Part shown: piece by piece, positions 1 through 13,825 of the stretch
Numbering within the stretch: position 1 is the stretch's first letter
Layout of the letters: each line of letters opens with the position of its first letter
NCBI RefSeq assembly: GCF_006345805.1
Contig: NC_043008.1
Location: 32,736,001-32,800,000 of the forward strand
DNA from: Octopus sinensis
Lineage: Eukaryota
Length of the DNA stretch: 64,000 bases
Direction: 5' to 3'
Program-made: the position numbers and the translations under genes
Notes under the pieces: generated by a model
What the model saw: only the letters and a program-made list of their open reading frames with translations
Told to the model about the DNA's origin: nothing
Database searches by the model: none

Positions 1-225
1 CAAATGGCTGGAGAGTCACGGCTGGATCGCATTTGGTCATAGATCTGCTAAGTCGAATGTGTCCTGGGGCTAGTCAACACGAACACCTTTTCAGCGACAA
101 AAACATGTGAGGAATTTCAAGGAACAAAACAACACCTGATCACATTAAAGTAACTTTTTTTAATTAAAGAGGTCTCTTTTTGTCTTCAGGCTTTGGATTG
201 GAGTATTGTAATCGTGAAACTATCC

Positions 226-264
226 TGTAGTAGTAGTAGTAGCAGTAGTAGTAGTAGTAGTAGC

Positions 265-317
<53 letters not shown>

Positions 318-324
318 CAGCAGC

Positions 325-375
<51 letters not shown>

Positions 376-425
376 TCTTGTTGTTGTTGTTGTTGCTGTT
401 GTTTTTGTTGTTGTTGCTGTTGTTA
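226..425. repeat. (AGT)n/(AGC)n followed by (TGT)n trinucleotide microsatellite
   Basis: Directly visible; explains the poly-Ser/poly-Cys ORF 193..438. Confidence 0.97.
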
Positions 426-797
426 TACTTTAGATTAACCTTGATCCAGTAGACCTGTCATAGATAGAATTCCAGCGATGGCCAACATGTTTTTTTTTTC
501 TTTTATTCTGAACTTGTGCATCTAGGACGACAGGATTTGATAAGCCTTCCTTATTGCCCTTTTTCGCTCCTGCTTATGCAGATTCAGTTCATAGTTGTTC
601 CATGTGTGACAACACTGACTCTTTTTCAGAAATAGCATATCAAGAACTACCTTATTCTAATATTTCCTTTTGTATTGATGCCGTTTGCATCCCTTTTCCC
701 GGTCAGTCCAGATCAATCACTTGTTTCATTCGTGACGGTCTTGTTTATTATTCGGACAGAGTGAATCCAGGACTACAATGAGTATTTGCATGTTTTT

Positions 798-931
798 AGG
801 CGCAGGCAAGGCTGCGTGGTTAAGAAGGCCACTTTGCAAACATGTGGTTTCGAGTTTGGTCTCACTGCGCAGCACTTTGGGCAAGAGACGGAATCTGTGT
901 AGAAACATGTATGAGTGAATGTGTGTGCGTG

Positions 932-994
<63 letters not shown>

Positions 995-1228
995 TTGTGT
1001 GTGTGTGTGCGCGCGCGCGCCAGTGTTTGACCCCTGCACTGTTCGAAAACAGGTGTTGGTTTGTTCATGTCGTCGTCACTTAACGGTTTGGCAACAGAAA
1101 AGAAAGATTAAGTATCAGACTTCAAAAACGTAAGCACTAGGATCGATTTGTTCGAGTGAAACCTACCAGGTGGTGCCCCGGTATGGCCGCGGTCCAGTAA
1201 CTGAAACAAGTAAATGATAAAAGATCAA
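798..1228 (+). mobile_element. tRNA-headed SINE, family B (CORE-like), with internal (GT)n
   Basis: Head GGCGCAGGCAAGGCTGCGTGGTTAAGAAG (A box), GGTTTCGAGTT (B box), internal (GT)n, tail ...GGTGGTGCCCCGGTATGGCCGCGGTCCAGTAACTGAAACAAGTAAA shared with about 10 other copies in the window. Confidence 0.8.
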
Positions 1229-1390
1229 AGAATAGAGGTTGATATTTCTAAGAGGTCGAGTGACTTTTTTTTTTTTTTTTTTGACCCATGTCCAAGTTGT
1301 TATCATTTAGTGACTGAAAGGACCTATGATCAAACCCAGGGCATCCATGATCAACTTGTCTTACTGTCGGTCATTGCTTATCTTGAATTA

Positions 1391-1608
1391 CGAGGAGTGC
1401 TGAAAAGCTGCTGAATTTGAGTAAAAGAAAATGCAAGAGGGTCGGTTAATTATGATTTTATCCAATAGATTCCTCTCACAGATTCACGCACTTATTGCTG
1501 CGATCCTTCAGTTTTTCTAAGCCTTGTAAAAGAACTCAGAAGGTTAGGTCTCCAACCAGGCATTTCGCGTTACCCTTGAACCCAGGAACTGTTCAGCCCC
1601 CCCCTCCC
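1391..1608. mobile_element. Mariner-type MITE (diverged copy of 2852-3069)
   Basis: Starts TA|CGAGGAGTGCTGAAAAG, ends CCCAGGAACTGTTCAGCCCCCC; internal sequence (TCCTTCAGTTTTTCTAAGCC..GTAAAAGAACTC) matches the 2852 copy. Confidence 0.7.
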
Positions 1609-1612
1609 GCCT

Positions 1613-1674
<62 letters not shown>

Positions 1675-1693
1675 TAGAGAGAGAGAGACAGAG

Positions 1694-1905
1694 AGAAAAT
1701 AGTAAAAAGTGAAAGAACTACAGAAGGCTTGTTTTAAAAGGTTAAAAAATATATTTGAGTCATTATGTCAGAAGAATGTTATAAAATATTTTCAAGTCAC
1801 TGTATGAAAAAAATTTATAACATTCTTCTGACATAATGACTCAAATATATTTTTTAACATTTTAAAACAAGCCTTCTGTAGTTTTTTCACTTTTTACTAT
1901 TTTCT
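1694..1905. repeat. Near-perfect inverted repeat (about 93-bp arms, about 25-bp spacer)
   Basis: AGAAAATAGTAAAAAGTGAAA..CTACAGAAGGCTTGTTTTAAAA..GTCAGAAGAATGTTATAAA is reverse-complemented at 1813-1905. Confidence 0.9.
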
Positions 1906-1944
1906 ATATATTCAACCGCGTGCTTTCACACACTAACTTTCTCA

Positions 1945-2001
<57 letters not shown>

Positions 2002-2005
<4 letters not shown>

Positions 2006-2145
2006 AAACAGTTTGATTTAGACTGCTTGGTACTCTGATTTTCTAGAATGTGGCTAGTCTGCGGTCATTTGGATTTGAATGGCCGAAGACTAGCCACACG
2101 CTAGAAACTCAGGGTACCAAGGAGATTGAATCAAACTGATTTAAT
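2002..2145. mobile_element. Palindromic MITE (TIR ATCAAAACAGTTTGATT..GGTACTC)
   Basis: Self-complementary arms; the same termini recur at 27085-27284 around a different interior. Confidence 0.6.
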
Positions 2146-2395
2146 CTATACATTTAACTCACAATAAATCTGTTGGGTTCCCATCTTTCATTTGTCTACT
2201 CACTCGTGTGTATGTGTGTGTGTGTGTGTATGAGCAAAAACATTCGAATATTTACATTGAAAATAAGATGTCACTATTGTTAATACCATCTATGGCGAAT
2301 ATTTTTAATTGGTAATATTAACAGCAGTAGCAGGCGGTTCACAGGTTTAATAGCATTGTAAGCTATAATATATGAAATTAGCATAACCTTTAAGG

Positions 2396-2842
2396 TTGCA
2401 GTGAGCCTCTACCTGTTAGGAAACGAGAGCTAAGGTCTCAATTCAACCGCGAGAAGGCACCAAAATCATAGAAAATAGCAGTATGCGAGGAAACGGACAA
2501 AAAATTTAAAAGCATACCCATAAAGATTATGCAGTTCAGATGCTCATATACCATGGTTTCGAGTGTTAGGACCTCGGGTGTTAGCCAGAACGCTAATGGA
2601 CTTATAACGTAGCGGATCTGGAATTTCTTGCCCAGTAACTCATACTGAGGAAATTTGAGGCCCTCGGGCCAAAACCCGATACCATGGTATATAAGCATCT
2701 GAGCAACATAATCTTTATAGGTATGCTTTTTTAATTCTTTGTCCATTTCCTTGCATACTGTTATTTTCTATGCTTTTGGTGCCTTCTGGCGGTTGAATTG
2801 AGACCATAGCTCTTATTTCCTAATAGGTAGATGCTCACTGCA
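2396..2842. mobile_element. Foldback/MITE with about 200-bp imperfect inverted arms
   Basis: TGCAGTGAGCCTCTACCTGTTAGGAAA..CAATTCAACCGC..GAAGGCACCAAAA is mirrored by TTTTGGTGCCTTC..GCGGTTGAATTGAGACC..TAGGTAGATGCTCACTGCA. No clear TSD. Confidence 0.7.
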
Positions 2843-2851
2843 TCGTATATA

Positions 2852-3069
2852 CGAGAGGTGCTGGAAAGTTCCTGGCTGTTGGGTAAAAGAAAATACAGGA
2901 GGATTGGCTAATCATGATTTTATTCAACATATTTCCCTCTCAGATTCACATGCTTATTTGCAGTGGTCCTTCAGTTTTTCTAAGCCCTGTAAAAGAACTC
3001 GGAGGGTGGGGCCTCCAATCAGGCCTTTTGCGATACCCTTAAAGCCAGGAACTTTTCAGCACCCCCTCA
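2852..3069. mobile_element. Mariner-type MITE, 218 bp
   Basis: TIRs CGAGAGGTGCTGGAAAGTTCCTGGCT / AGCCAGGAACTTTTCAGCACCCCCTCA, flanked by TA on both sides. Confidence 0.8.
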
Positions 3070-3439
3070 TATGTTATCACGTGTGTCTTTCTCGTTTCTA
3101 AATGATATGATGTAATCTATGGGAAATTTTTGAATTCTGTTTTTCCAGAAGGTTTGTTAATGATGTGTCAGTAGCGACGCGAGCATTATGATTGCCCATA
3201 CCTTCTGTAAAAAATATCTACGACATAAACGAAAATTGTTTAATGCAGAAGAAGAAATGATGTAATATGATTGTTAAGTGCTGAAGAACATCTCATTTGT
3301 GATGTCGTATGTAGTAGAAAATCTTCAGTCACAGTCTCGACTGGGTAGAGAAATATACAATTGAATCCAAATATCAATATAATAATAATGACGATTATAA
3401 CGAAAATAATAACATCAACAACATCAATGATACTATTTC

Positions 3440-3485
3440 TACTACTACTACTACTACCACCACCACCACCACCACCACCACCACC

Positions 3486-3559
<74 letters not shown>

Positions 3560-3570
3560 TAATAATAATA
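3440..3570. repeat. Compound (CTA)n(CCA)n(CTA)n(ATA)n microsatellite
   Basis: Directly visible; source of the poly-L/P/I and poly-G/S ORFs. Confidence 0.95.
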
Positions 3571-3889
3571 ATGGTTACAAATTTTTGCAAAATGACAGCA
3601 ATTTTAGAAGAGGGGTGGGGAATTGATTACATCGACCTTAATGTTCAACTGGTACTTACTTTATCGAGCTTCGTGCGGTTGACAGACAAAGTTGATCTTG
3701 GCGGAATTTTGAACTCAGTGTGTAAAGATGGAGGAAATGCCGCTAAGCATGGTGTGGTGGTGGGGAGGTGATGGTGGTGGTAGCGGTGGTGGTGGAGGAG
3801 GAGGAAGAGGAGCAGGAGGAGGATACCAATAATGGTATACCTGTCACTGCGATTTACTCAAATTCTTGTCACAAAGACAATCCGTGTAC

Positions 3890-3926
<37 letters not shown>

Positions 3927-4740
3927 CCACCTGTCAAAAACATTACGTAAATGTACGTTAGCAGTTAAAATTGTATCGAACGCAATTCAGTACCCACTCT
4001 AAATTGCTATTGGTTTTCACGGAAGAAGAAAAATATTTTATCGTTATCCAGTAGGATTGTATAACATTTAAAGAAATCGATGTTTTTACTTAACATTGGT
4101 GTTACGAAATGAGTGTTGCTGTCAAAATGCTGGATTTCATTACTTTTTGTAGTTTTCTAAATATCTTCAAGATAGAATTAGAAATGAACGGGCTGCCAAG
4201 TGGCAATTTCAATCATTCCGAGATTGGTCAGGTGCATTGTAAAGTTGGTCCCTGTATTTGCAAAAAACACAAGCGCTTTCTTTTTTCCGACAGGCCTCTG
4301 CACTGTTTTCATGTACTAAATTTGACACTCATCTCATATAAGGTGCTTGTTAACTCGGAGTTGTGACTCCCCGTTTTCAGTTACTCAGCGGTGGGAAGTG
4401 GATATTCTGAAATCGGTTTTCTACTCCCTGTAACTTACCTGAATTAGCTTGAACTGAATCTGGTTTCATATACATTTGCTCTAACTACTACTACTACTGC
4501 TACTACTACTACTACTACTACTACTACTGCTACTGCTACTGCTACTACTGCTACTACTGCTACTACTGCTACTACTACTACAATTACTAACTACTACTGC
4601 TACTACCTTTAATACCACCACCATCACTACTAGCAACACGACTACTATTCAGACCCGAATTACTAACTCTTACAATGAATAACACTACTACGATTATATC
4701 ATAGTTACAATGTCTAAGCTAGACTCAAAACTAGAAACTA

Positions 4741-4906
4741 GGGAGAGGAGTAAGTTGATTAAATAAGCCCAATATTTAACTGGTACTTATTTTATCGATC
4801 CCAGGTGGAAGAAAAACAGAGATGATCTCGACGGGATTCGAAATCAGAACGTAAAGAGATGTTAAATACTGCAGCGCATGTGCCTGTTGCTTTACCGAGT
4901 CTGCCA
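4741..4906 (-). mobile_element. tRNA-headed SINE, family A (diverged)
   Basis: Reverse complement carries TGGCAGACTCGG (A box), TTCTGATTTCGAATCCCG (B box) and the GATAAAATAAGTACCAGTT domain. Similar minus copies near 3610-3750, 8745-8915 and 11585-11735. Confidence 0.65.
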
Positions 4907-5230
4907 TACACCATTGATAAGGATTTCTTGCATGGATACGAAAGTCGCCTGTTTGTAGTGGGAGACAGTCAATTACGCTGACCCCAGTATATAACTAGTA
5001 TTTTATTTTATCTATCCTGGAAGGATAAGCCAAGTGGACTTAGGTGAGATGTGGGATGAAACTAAATACCACAAAGCATATTGACAGTTACTGGATAAAT
5101 GCTGACGTGGCCATGTAAAAAAACGCAATGTTCAAAGCAGGAACATCCGCAATGGTAGGTCTGCTCCATCACAGCTAGCCTGCAAGACTATAACAATAAC
5201 TATAATGGTTATAATATTTCTCTCCGTATA

Positions 5231-5405
5231 AGTGCAGGCGTGGCTGTGTGGTAAGAAGTTTGCTTCTCGACCAAATAGTTCTTGGCTCAGTCTTTCTGTG
5301 TGCCACTTTGGACAAATACCTCCTACTATAGCCTCGGAACAATCAAGGCTTTGTGAGTGGATTTGGTAGACAGCAACTGACAAAACTCGTTGTATATACG
5401 TGTGT

Positions 5406-5473
<68 letters not shown>

Positions 5474-5677
5474 GTTTGTTCCCCACCACCTCTTGACAAC
5501 CAGTGTTGGTTTGTTTACGTCCTCCGTAACCTAACGGTTCGGTAATGACGGACCGATAAAACAAATAACAGGCTTGGAGAAAAATAAGTACTGTGTCGAT
5601 TTGCTGGACTAAATCATTTAAGGTGGTGCTCCAGCATGTCCGCAGTGTAATAAGTGGAACAAGAAGAAGATAAAGAT
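5231..5677 (+). mobile_element. SINE family B with internal (GT)n
   Basis: GCAGGCGTGGCTGTGTGGTAAGAAGTTTGC head, CACTTTGGACAAATACCTCCTACTATAGCCTC CORE-like block, (GT)n, conserved tail. Confidence 0.85.
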
Positions 5678-6073
5678 ATCCACAGCAATAAGAATGAAGC
5701 GCTGTTATTGTTGTTGCTGTTGTTTGACCACAGTACAGTTTTAATATTGTAGGACATTAATCGAAAGTATCATTCCAACCTGTAATCATGCCATCTGTTT
5801 CCAAAGCAAATGGAATCCATAACATGTTCTATTCTCGCCTTCTCTAATACTGCTAGGTGTGTTTCGAGGTAGAATTTCTGCTGCTATTTCTAGCAAAATT
5901 GATTGATCAGCCAGTATGATGGGGTGAAACTAGAAAGTAATATTTAACGCAACCTGTTAAAAAAAATATGGTTTACTCGAAAACATCAAAGGATGTTAAC
6001 GAAGTGAGCAAATCTTTTTTTATATAAATGTTCGTTTCTAATATATTTGGGAGGCTGTTCTGAAGCGGTGTGT

Positions 6074-6122
<49 letters not shown>

Positions 6123-6378
6123 ATGTGTTGATGATTTCTAGTTTCTTATATTTTAAGATCAATTCCGTCAGGTGAGGTGGGGATGAGGATGAGAGTATAT
6201 ATTTTCATATTCTTTTCTTGGTGTTAGTAAAAATTACATTTTTCTCCCTCTTCTCTCTCTCACCTCACTCGTTCTCTCACTGTATTACATATTTATGCAT
6301 ATGTATATATGTGAATTGATGTGTGCATGTGTCTGTTTCTGTGTATTATATGTAAGTATAAATACACACACACACACA

Positions 6379-6412
<34 letters not shown>

Positions 6413-6665
6413 CGTATGTATGCATGCATGCATGTATATGTATAGTATACATTATATATATATATGGGTGGTTTAATAATTACTGAGAATTCTCGGCATA
6501 AAACCAAAGGTAGTCTTGTTAACCCATAAATAAAGAATATTTATCCATCAATGCAGTGTTGAGCATACGTGCATACATACACACACACATACATACAAAA
6601 ACATATATACACACACATATATATATGTATGTGTGCATATATATATACGCACATACATTGTTTAA

Positions 6666-7070
6666 TTCTTTTACTTGTTTGAGTCATTTCACTGCGGCCA
6701 TGCTTGAGCACCGCCTTTAGTCGAACAAATCGACCCTAGGACTTATTCTTTGTAAGCCTAGTACTTATTCTATCGGTATCTTTTGCCGAACCGCTATCTT
6801 TACAGGGACGTAAAAACAACATCGTTTGTGAAGCAATAGTGGTGGGGGGGACAAACGCAGGGACACAAATATATGCATACATATATATATATATATATAT
6901 ATATGCGACGGGCTTCTTTCAGTTTCCGTTTACCAAATCCACTCACAAGGCTTTGGTCGGTTCGAAACTATAAAAGACGACACCATCCCAAGGTGCTACG
7001 CAGTGGGACTGAACCCAGAACCATGTGGTTGGGAAGCAAGCTTCTTACCACCCACCCACGCCTGCGCCTA
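6666..7070 (-). mobile_element. SINE family B with internal (TA)n
   Basis: Reverse complement of the full family-B consensus, head at 7070 and tail at 6666. Confidence 0.85.
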
Positions 7071-7496
7071 TATATATATAGATACGTATGTGTGTGTGCG
7101 TGTGCGTGCGCGCGTGTGCGTGCGCGCGTGTGCGTACTGTACATATGTGCATGCATGTACGTTTGTAGTTGGTTAGGCAGGTAGGCAGGCTTGAAAATAG
7201 GCAGGTAAGAGGGTAAGTAGGTAGGTCGGCAAGTAGGTGTGTATGTGTGCACATAGATATGGATACAAAGGTGTGCAGATACATATATTGATATGTAATT
7301 ATATTCAAGAACACAGACTCGTACACTTACACATTGTGAAGTTTCTTATATCACACTCAACACTTCATTATCTCGTATTGCTTTTATCTTTGATGGCTCT
7401 TATTTCACGTATTTTTCTGCTCTTCCCACCCTGCCTCGCGCTATAATTTTCTCGATATATGAGTGTTTTCTTATACAGTGTGATAAGATATACTGT

Positions 7497-7542
<46 letters not shown>

Positions 7543-7577
7543 ATTATGTATGTGTATATATATATGAGAATAAATAG

Positions 7578-7612
<35 letters not shown>

Positions 7613-7749
7613 TAGATAGATAGATAGATATATAGATAGATAGATGTGTATGATGTATAAAGCATACCCACATATACATATTTAAGTAGAAATATTTACC
7701 TATATTATCTATTTTTATGTATGTAACTATATCTATCTATCTATCTATC

Positions 7750-7840
<91 letters not shown>
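7497..7840. repeat. (TATC)n/(GACA)n/(GATA)n/(TA)n microsatellite block
   Basis: Directly visible. Confidence 0.95.
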
Positions 7841-7843
<3 letters not shown>

Positions 7844-9187
7844 CCCTCACGGGCTATTCTTTACTGGAAAGCAATACTCTAGTATTGCATTACTAATTTA
7901 TATATATATATATATATTTATCTATCTGTCAATCTGTCTATCTATCAAACGTTGAGTGTGTGTGGATGCGCGTAGATACTTTAACATATTTTTCACCTTC
8001 TGAGTTTAATATTATTCAGTGGAACACAAGTAACGTGTTTGGATTTCAAAAATATGCACAGCCATAAAATTACATACATGCTTATGCAGCCAAATCATAT
8101 ACAACGAGACACATAAATACTCATTTTACAGACATATGTACAGAAGTTGAGGTGATTTAATACGATTTTACTCATGTACGAGTTGAGATTAGCACGTAAA
8201 AATGTCATAAGATATATTTCAGATGCATTCAGATAACAATAAAAATGGACTGATTAAAATAAAAACGAGGCAAAACAACACCACCACCAACACCAACAAC
8301 AACAACAACAACTATGGGGCGAATAGATTGAATTTAAAAACCGTTTAATCTTGTGTTCAATGCGCGGCAGAATTCAGTTGAAAGACAATTTATTTCTAAG
8401 TACTGAATTGAATGCCAACGCTAATCGGCATGAAATCATTTCAGCTGTGATACCTCTGTGGCTCCTGCTGATGCTACTGTTGTTGTTGTGGGGGGGGGGG
8501 GGCAGGTCGTCGTGGTTGTGATAGTTTACCCAGCTAGCACAGCCCTGATCGAACTTGCAATGAAAAAAATTTCCAACACGTGACCATCTCGATTTATATT
8601 CATGTCGTCATTAACCAATAAAAGGCGATGGATTTTTGTAGAATTGTTAAGAGCGTCACCATGGAGAAGATTATTTTGTGGTTGGTGTTTGTCGTGGCCC
8701 TATTTCCTTATTTCGCTCATAATAGAGGGGTTAATCGATTACCTTGTAATAGAGGAGTATAGCGGTTATATCGACCCCAGCGCTCGACTGATACTTATTT
8801 TATCGACCACGAAAGGATGCAAGGCAGGGTTGTCCTTGGTGACATTTGAACCCAGAACGCAAAGGAAATGCTGCTAGGCATTCTGTCCGGTGTACTAACG
8901 ATTCTGTCAGCTCACCTGAATGTGGATGTGTGATAAGAAGCCTGCTTCCTAAACACATTGTTCCGGGTTCAGTCCCACTGCATGGCACCTTAGGCAAGTG
9001 TCTTTTGCTATAGCCTCGGCCGACCAAAGCCTTGTGAGTGGGTTTGATAGACCGGATATTAGCTTATAGCGCAGTTAACTAACACAGTCCTCGGGGATAG
9101 CATATATTAATATACCCACTATATATATATATATATATTATATATATATATATATTGTATGACTCATGGATTCTTAGTCGACCAAAT

Positions 9188-9327
<140 letters not shown>

Positions 9328-9427
9328 ATAGTTAATCCAAACAAGAAAGCACAAAAAAACACACAACAACGCGAGGACGTGGAACAAATAGTATTATTGG
9401 ACGCTCAGGAAAGAAGGAAAGAAGGAG

Positions 9428-9463
9428 GGTTTAACGTTTCGAGCGGAGCTCTTCGTCGGAAAC
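9428..9463 (-). ncRNA. Degenerate minimal type-I hammerhead ribozyme motif in a Penelope-like terminal repeat
   Basis: Minus strand GTTT-CCGACGA-A-GAGC(TCC)GCTC-GAAA-CGTT-AAAC: stem I GTTT/AAAC, stem II GAGC/GCTC, palindromic stem III AACGTT; core U4 is C here. Confidence 0.5.
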
Positions 9464-9699
9464 ATAGGAGAAGGAAAGATCCAGAGAAGGGAAGACAGAG
9501 GAAAAAATCGCCAACGGTACACACGAGGTCAGAACGCAAAACATCCAGACACAGCTAAAATTGCAAAGATAATCTGGAACTCAACTGAGGATAGAAAACT
9601 CCGAATGACCCGTCCTTGTTTTCTTTGTATTGTCTGTATGGATGTTTTGCGTTACACTTTGGTCTTATACATATATATAAATGTATGTATATATAACCG

Positions 9700-9975
9700 T
9701 GATCACCGTGACCGACCAGGCTATCAGATGTTACTACACATCGCTGGTCACAATGCGCATTGCATTGTTTTAGCCTTCAAATGACGACACCGCGCTGGCT
9801 AAGCGAGCAGGACAACAGAAGAAAGAGTGAGAGAAAGTTGTGGCGAAAGAGTACAACAGGGATCGCCACCCCACCCCCTGCTGGAGCTTTAGGTGTTTTC
9901 GCTCACAGCGCCCGGTCTGGGAATCGAAACCGCGAGTCCGCTGCCCTAACCACTGGGCCATTGTGCCTCCACGTA
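9700..9975 (-). mobile_element. tRNA-headed SINE, family D
   Basis: Reverse complement GGAGGCACAATGGCCCAGTGGTTAGGGCAGCGGACTCGCGG..GGTTTCGATTCCCAGACC; homologous to 53125-53485. Confidence 0.8.
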
Positions 9976-12584
9976 TATATATATATGTATGCATCTATCT
10001 ATATATACTTAAGTATGAGTATATATATATATATATATAATATAATTATACATATTTATATGCTTATATATATATGCACGCACACATACACATACACACA
10101 TAAACAAACAAGCACATGCATACATGCAGTAAAGAAGATATTTTCAAAAGTGACAAAAGGATTTAATATTAATTTCATTTAAGGTGATCCACTTATCTCT
10201 ATATTTACTAACACTCTTATCTTTTTGATGATTCCTACATACACCCACATGTATGTATTGTGCGTGTGTGTGTTATGTATGTATCTATGCATTCATGCAT
10301 ATATGCATATGAATGTATTACAATAATGTCGAGTGTGTTCATCCTTTTTTATGATAGTAATGTAAGAATTGAAAGACATTTGGCTGCTATTTCTTGATAA
10401 TAATGCCATCTAGTAGATAGATGTTACCTTATCTGAGTAGCAATATCAACATAGTACCCGACAAAATATTTAACCATACTTTGTGGCTTCCCTTTGATTA
10501 AGTGGTAAGTACTGTAACGTAGCTGGAAGGCGTGATTTCAATATCTGGATCAGTGAAGCAATATTTTCTCATTTTGTAGCAGATCAAGTAAGCACCATTA
10601 CAGCGAGAGGGATAGCTAATACAAGACTGACTCTAGTTTTCACAACGAAATGTGAAGAATTAAATTGATGGATTTATTATAGTGTTCGGGTTGAAATTCA
10701 GAGAATGATGTCGAACACTACAGGTTGCTCGGGAAAGCTAGAGGGTACAATGCCCGAAATGTTACCTTCATAACAACAAAGTTGAAGCAACTAGTCCGAA
10801 TATAATCAATGTATTTATTAATTTTAGTCAACGAATACAAATATGTTAAATGTAAGTATAAATGTAAAAATACACACAAATATATTAACATGCCAATATG
10901 TTCTTGCGAACAACTTAAAATTTCAGTGCTTGGAGTTTCTGATAAATAATTTCATAAAGATCTGTATCAAGTTGAGCTTAAAAGGTCATATACAATAAGT
11001 TAGCTTGTCAATTATATTGATTTGTTCACAATTATACACATTCCGGTGTGAGTTGGTATGGTTTAGTGATTAGGATGTTCGCCTTATGATCATAAATTTG
11101 CGGGCTCAGTTCCTGAACTGGGTGGCACGTTGTGACTTTGAGAACGGCATTTCATTTTACTTTATTATACTCAGCTGAAATGAGTATCAGATGGGGACTG
11201 GTGCATTTCTCCCAACATATATCATATCCTGGACGTTCAGCTGAGTAAGGAGACATGGCGAAGGATTGATGGGGACAGTACAAAGACAGACATAAAGTGG
11301 TGTGGGAGTTTACACATAATGAAATTATTAAAGAAAGGTTAAAATATACACAGTATAAAATAAACAAAGAAGGGAAGTATACATACTACACAACAGCAAA
11401 AAAGGTGATAGTGACGTGGTCCTCTTGATGCAGGATGACCTCTAGGGATAATCAAGGATTCCCCACAGTCCAAGACCTCCCTGAACACCAAGGGCAAGTG
11501 CCTTCTCCGATTCCATTTCTCCGATTCACAGGTCTTCACTTAGAGCGGTACCATTCTACTATAAGCAAAACGCCACCAGCTTTGAGAAGAAGAAGCCAAT
11601 GCTATTGACACCAGTGCTTTTATTGACCCCCAAAAGGATGAAAAGTAAAAAGTGACTTCGGCAGGATTAAAACCTGTGACGTAAAGTATCGGGACAAATA
11701 CCATACAGCATTTTCCCGACGCTCTCGCGGTTCTAATAATAGTTTTCGAGGGGAGGAGATTTGCTTAGCCGACATCATCGACGCCAATACCTGACTAGCA
11801 ATTTATTTTATCAACCGCTTCATCAGTATCTTGCGTATTCTTCAACCTATATTTTAAGTGAGAACATACAAATAAATGAATTTTCGTTTACACTGTCAGA
11901 AATTTAAAAAACGAATTCAGATATTACCATTGATTTAGTTTTCAAACTGTGTTTTAATATTTTCTTTTAGTTTATTATTTTGCGTAAAAGAAAAACAGAG
12001 CAAGGAAAAATAAGAGCGCATATTTCTAATTAAAAATCAATACACTTAATCAAGACTAAGAAATGAGAATGGGTTGGTCTTTTGATAACAGCTATCACGA
12101 AACGTGTTAAATATACAGCTCTAGGAAGACGAATATTTAGACCGGTACGACTTGGCTTAAACGTGCACTATAATTAGAATACAAAATAAATTGCTAGCTC
12201 AGATTCGCAGGGGTAGAGTTGGAAAACATCAACAAAAAAATAAATTGAGCAATGACAAACATCTAATTAGTAATAGAAGTTTAGCTTCGATACAAGCGGG
12301 AATAATAAATATGCTTAGTGAATACTAATTAAAACAGAACAGTGTGAAGCAGCCATTTTGGAACCTGCAAATTATCTTGGCGACTAAAATTCGGTTGACA
12401 TTACCAAGTGCATATTAAACACCGATACCGTAGATTGCTGTTAATTTGGGGATTTCACATTTCATTGATTGGTATGTCAGTGTGTCAGTGAGCGGATGTG
12501 CTGAATTTAGTCAGAAAAAATTTATTTGCCATTTAAGTATAGATTTTTATGGTATCAGGAAGCCTACGAGAGCAGATTCGTTAA

Positions 12585-12629
<45 letters not shown>

Positions 12630-13336
12630 ATATATATATATATATATATATTGACATATGTATATGCGTAAAAAAGACAAAACTAGGTCAGTTTCGACAT
12701 GAGTGTTCCAATTGTCCGATGAAGCGCACGACGTTCTCAGAGAATTAGTATAAGCGAATAAGTATTACACATACACAAACGTGTAACCTTGCAGTATATA
12801 TATATATATATCACTAACATAGCTTTACCTGCCACCCTGGGTTTTCTGGATACCAATACTTCTCATACATACATGCATATATATATATATAGTGTAGTGT
12901 AGTGTAGTACGACGATTTTGCTATGGAATACTGAAACTATTTTTTCGTTTTCTGAAAAAGCAACGTTTTAGACTTACGACACTTTTGCATAATAGCCACG
13001 GCATATATGAACAAAGTAACCAGTTCTTAAATCTCTATAAGAGATTAACGTAGTAACTCTACTGAAAAGCAGCAGTTGTTACCACATCAACGTTGTTGTT
13101 CCGTACACAACAATGTTACTACTCTTTTTAACCCAAGGAGGAAGCTGCTGCAAGGGAGTTATTCGGTCCCTTGTTTACAATATAACGGACATAAATACTA
13201 TGTCATTAACCAGCTGGTGGGAGTATCCTGATGTTGAAAAGAGTAGTAACGTTGTTCTGTACGGAACAACTACGCTGGATGGTAACAACCATTACCTTAT
13301 ATATATATATTATATTATATATATATATATTATATA

Positions 13337-13398
<62 letters not shown>

Positions 13399-13489
13399 TC
13401 TGTAAATAACAATAATAATCTTAAGTTTCACCATGTAAAATAGTCTAATACTATTAATACGCGTGGGAATCGATCCCTACGCGTATTAA

Positions 13490-13825
13490 TGCGTATATCT
13501 AAAAGACCCCCTTCGGTCATGAATGACCATGAGATGACACCTAGAAAGTTCCCCTCCAAGGCACAATTCTGGGCAAGGATGTTTATGGAAGGCCAACAGT
13601 CACCCATGCATACCAGCCTGTCCTCTCCACGCCACCGATATTATCCAAGGGAAAAGCAAAGGCCGATACAACTTGGCACCAGTGACGTCGCAACTCATTT
13701 CCACAGCTGAGTGAACTGGAGCAACGTGAAATAAAGTGTCTTGCTGAAGAAAATAATACAGACCCAGGTCTGAGAATCGAACTCACTACCTCATAATTGT
13801 AAGGCTGATGATCTAACCACTTCGC
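13490..13825 (-). mobile_element. tRNA-headed SINE, family C variant
   Basis: Reverse complement has A box GTGGTTAG, B box GTTCGATTC and the CAAGACACTTTATTTCACGTTGCTCCAGTTCACTCAGCTG block shared with 15495 and 61720. Confidence 0.75.

Noticed and set aside
554-781. 75-aa Cys-containing ORF
   Set aside because: Starts at TTG, has no usable donor site and no recognisable motif.
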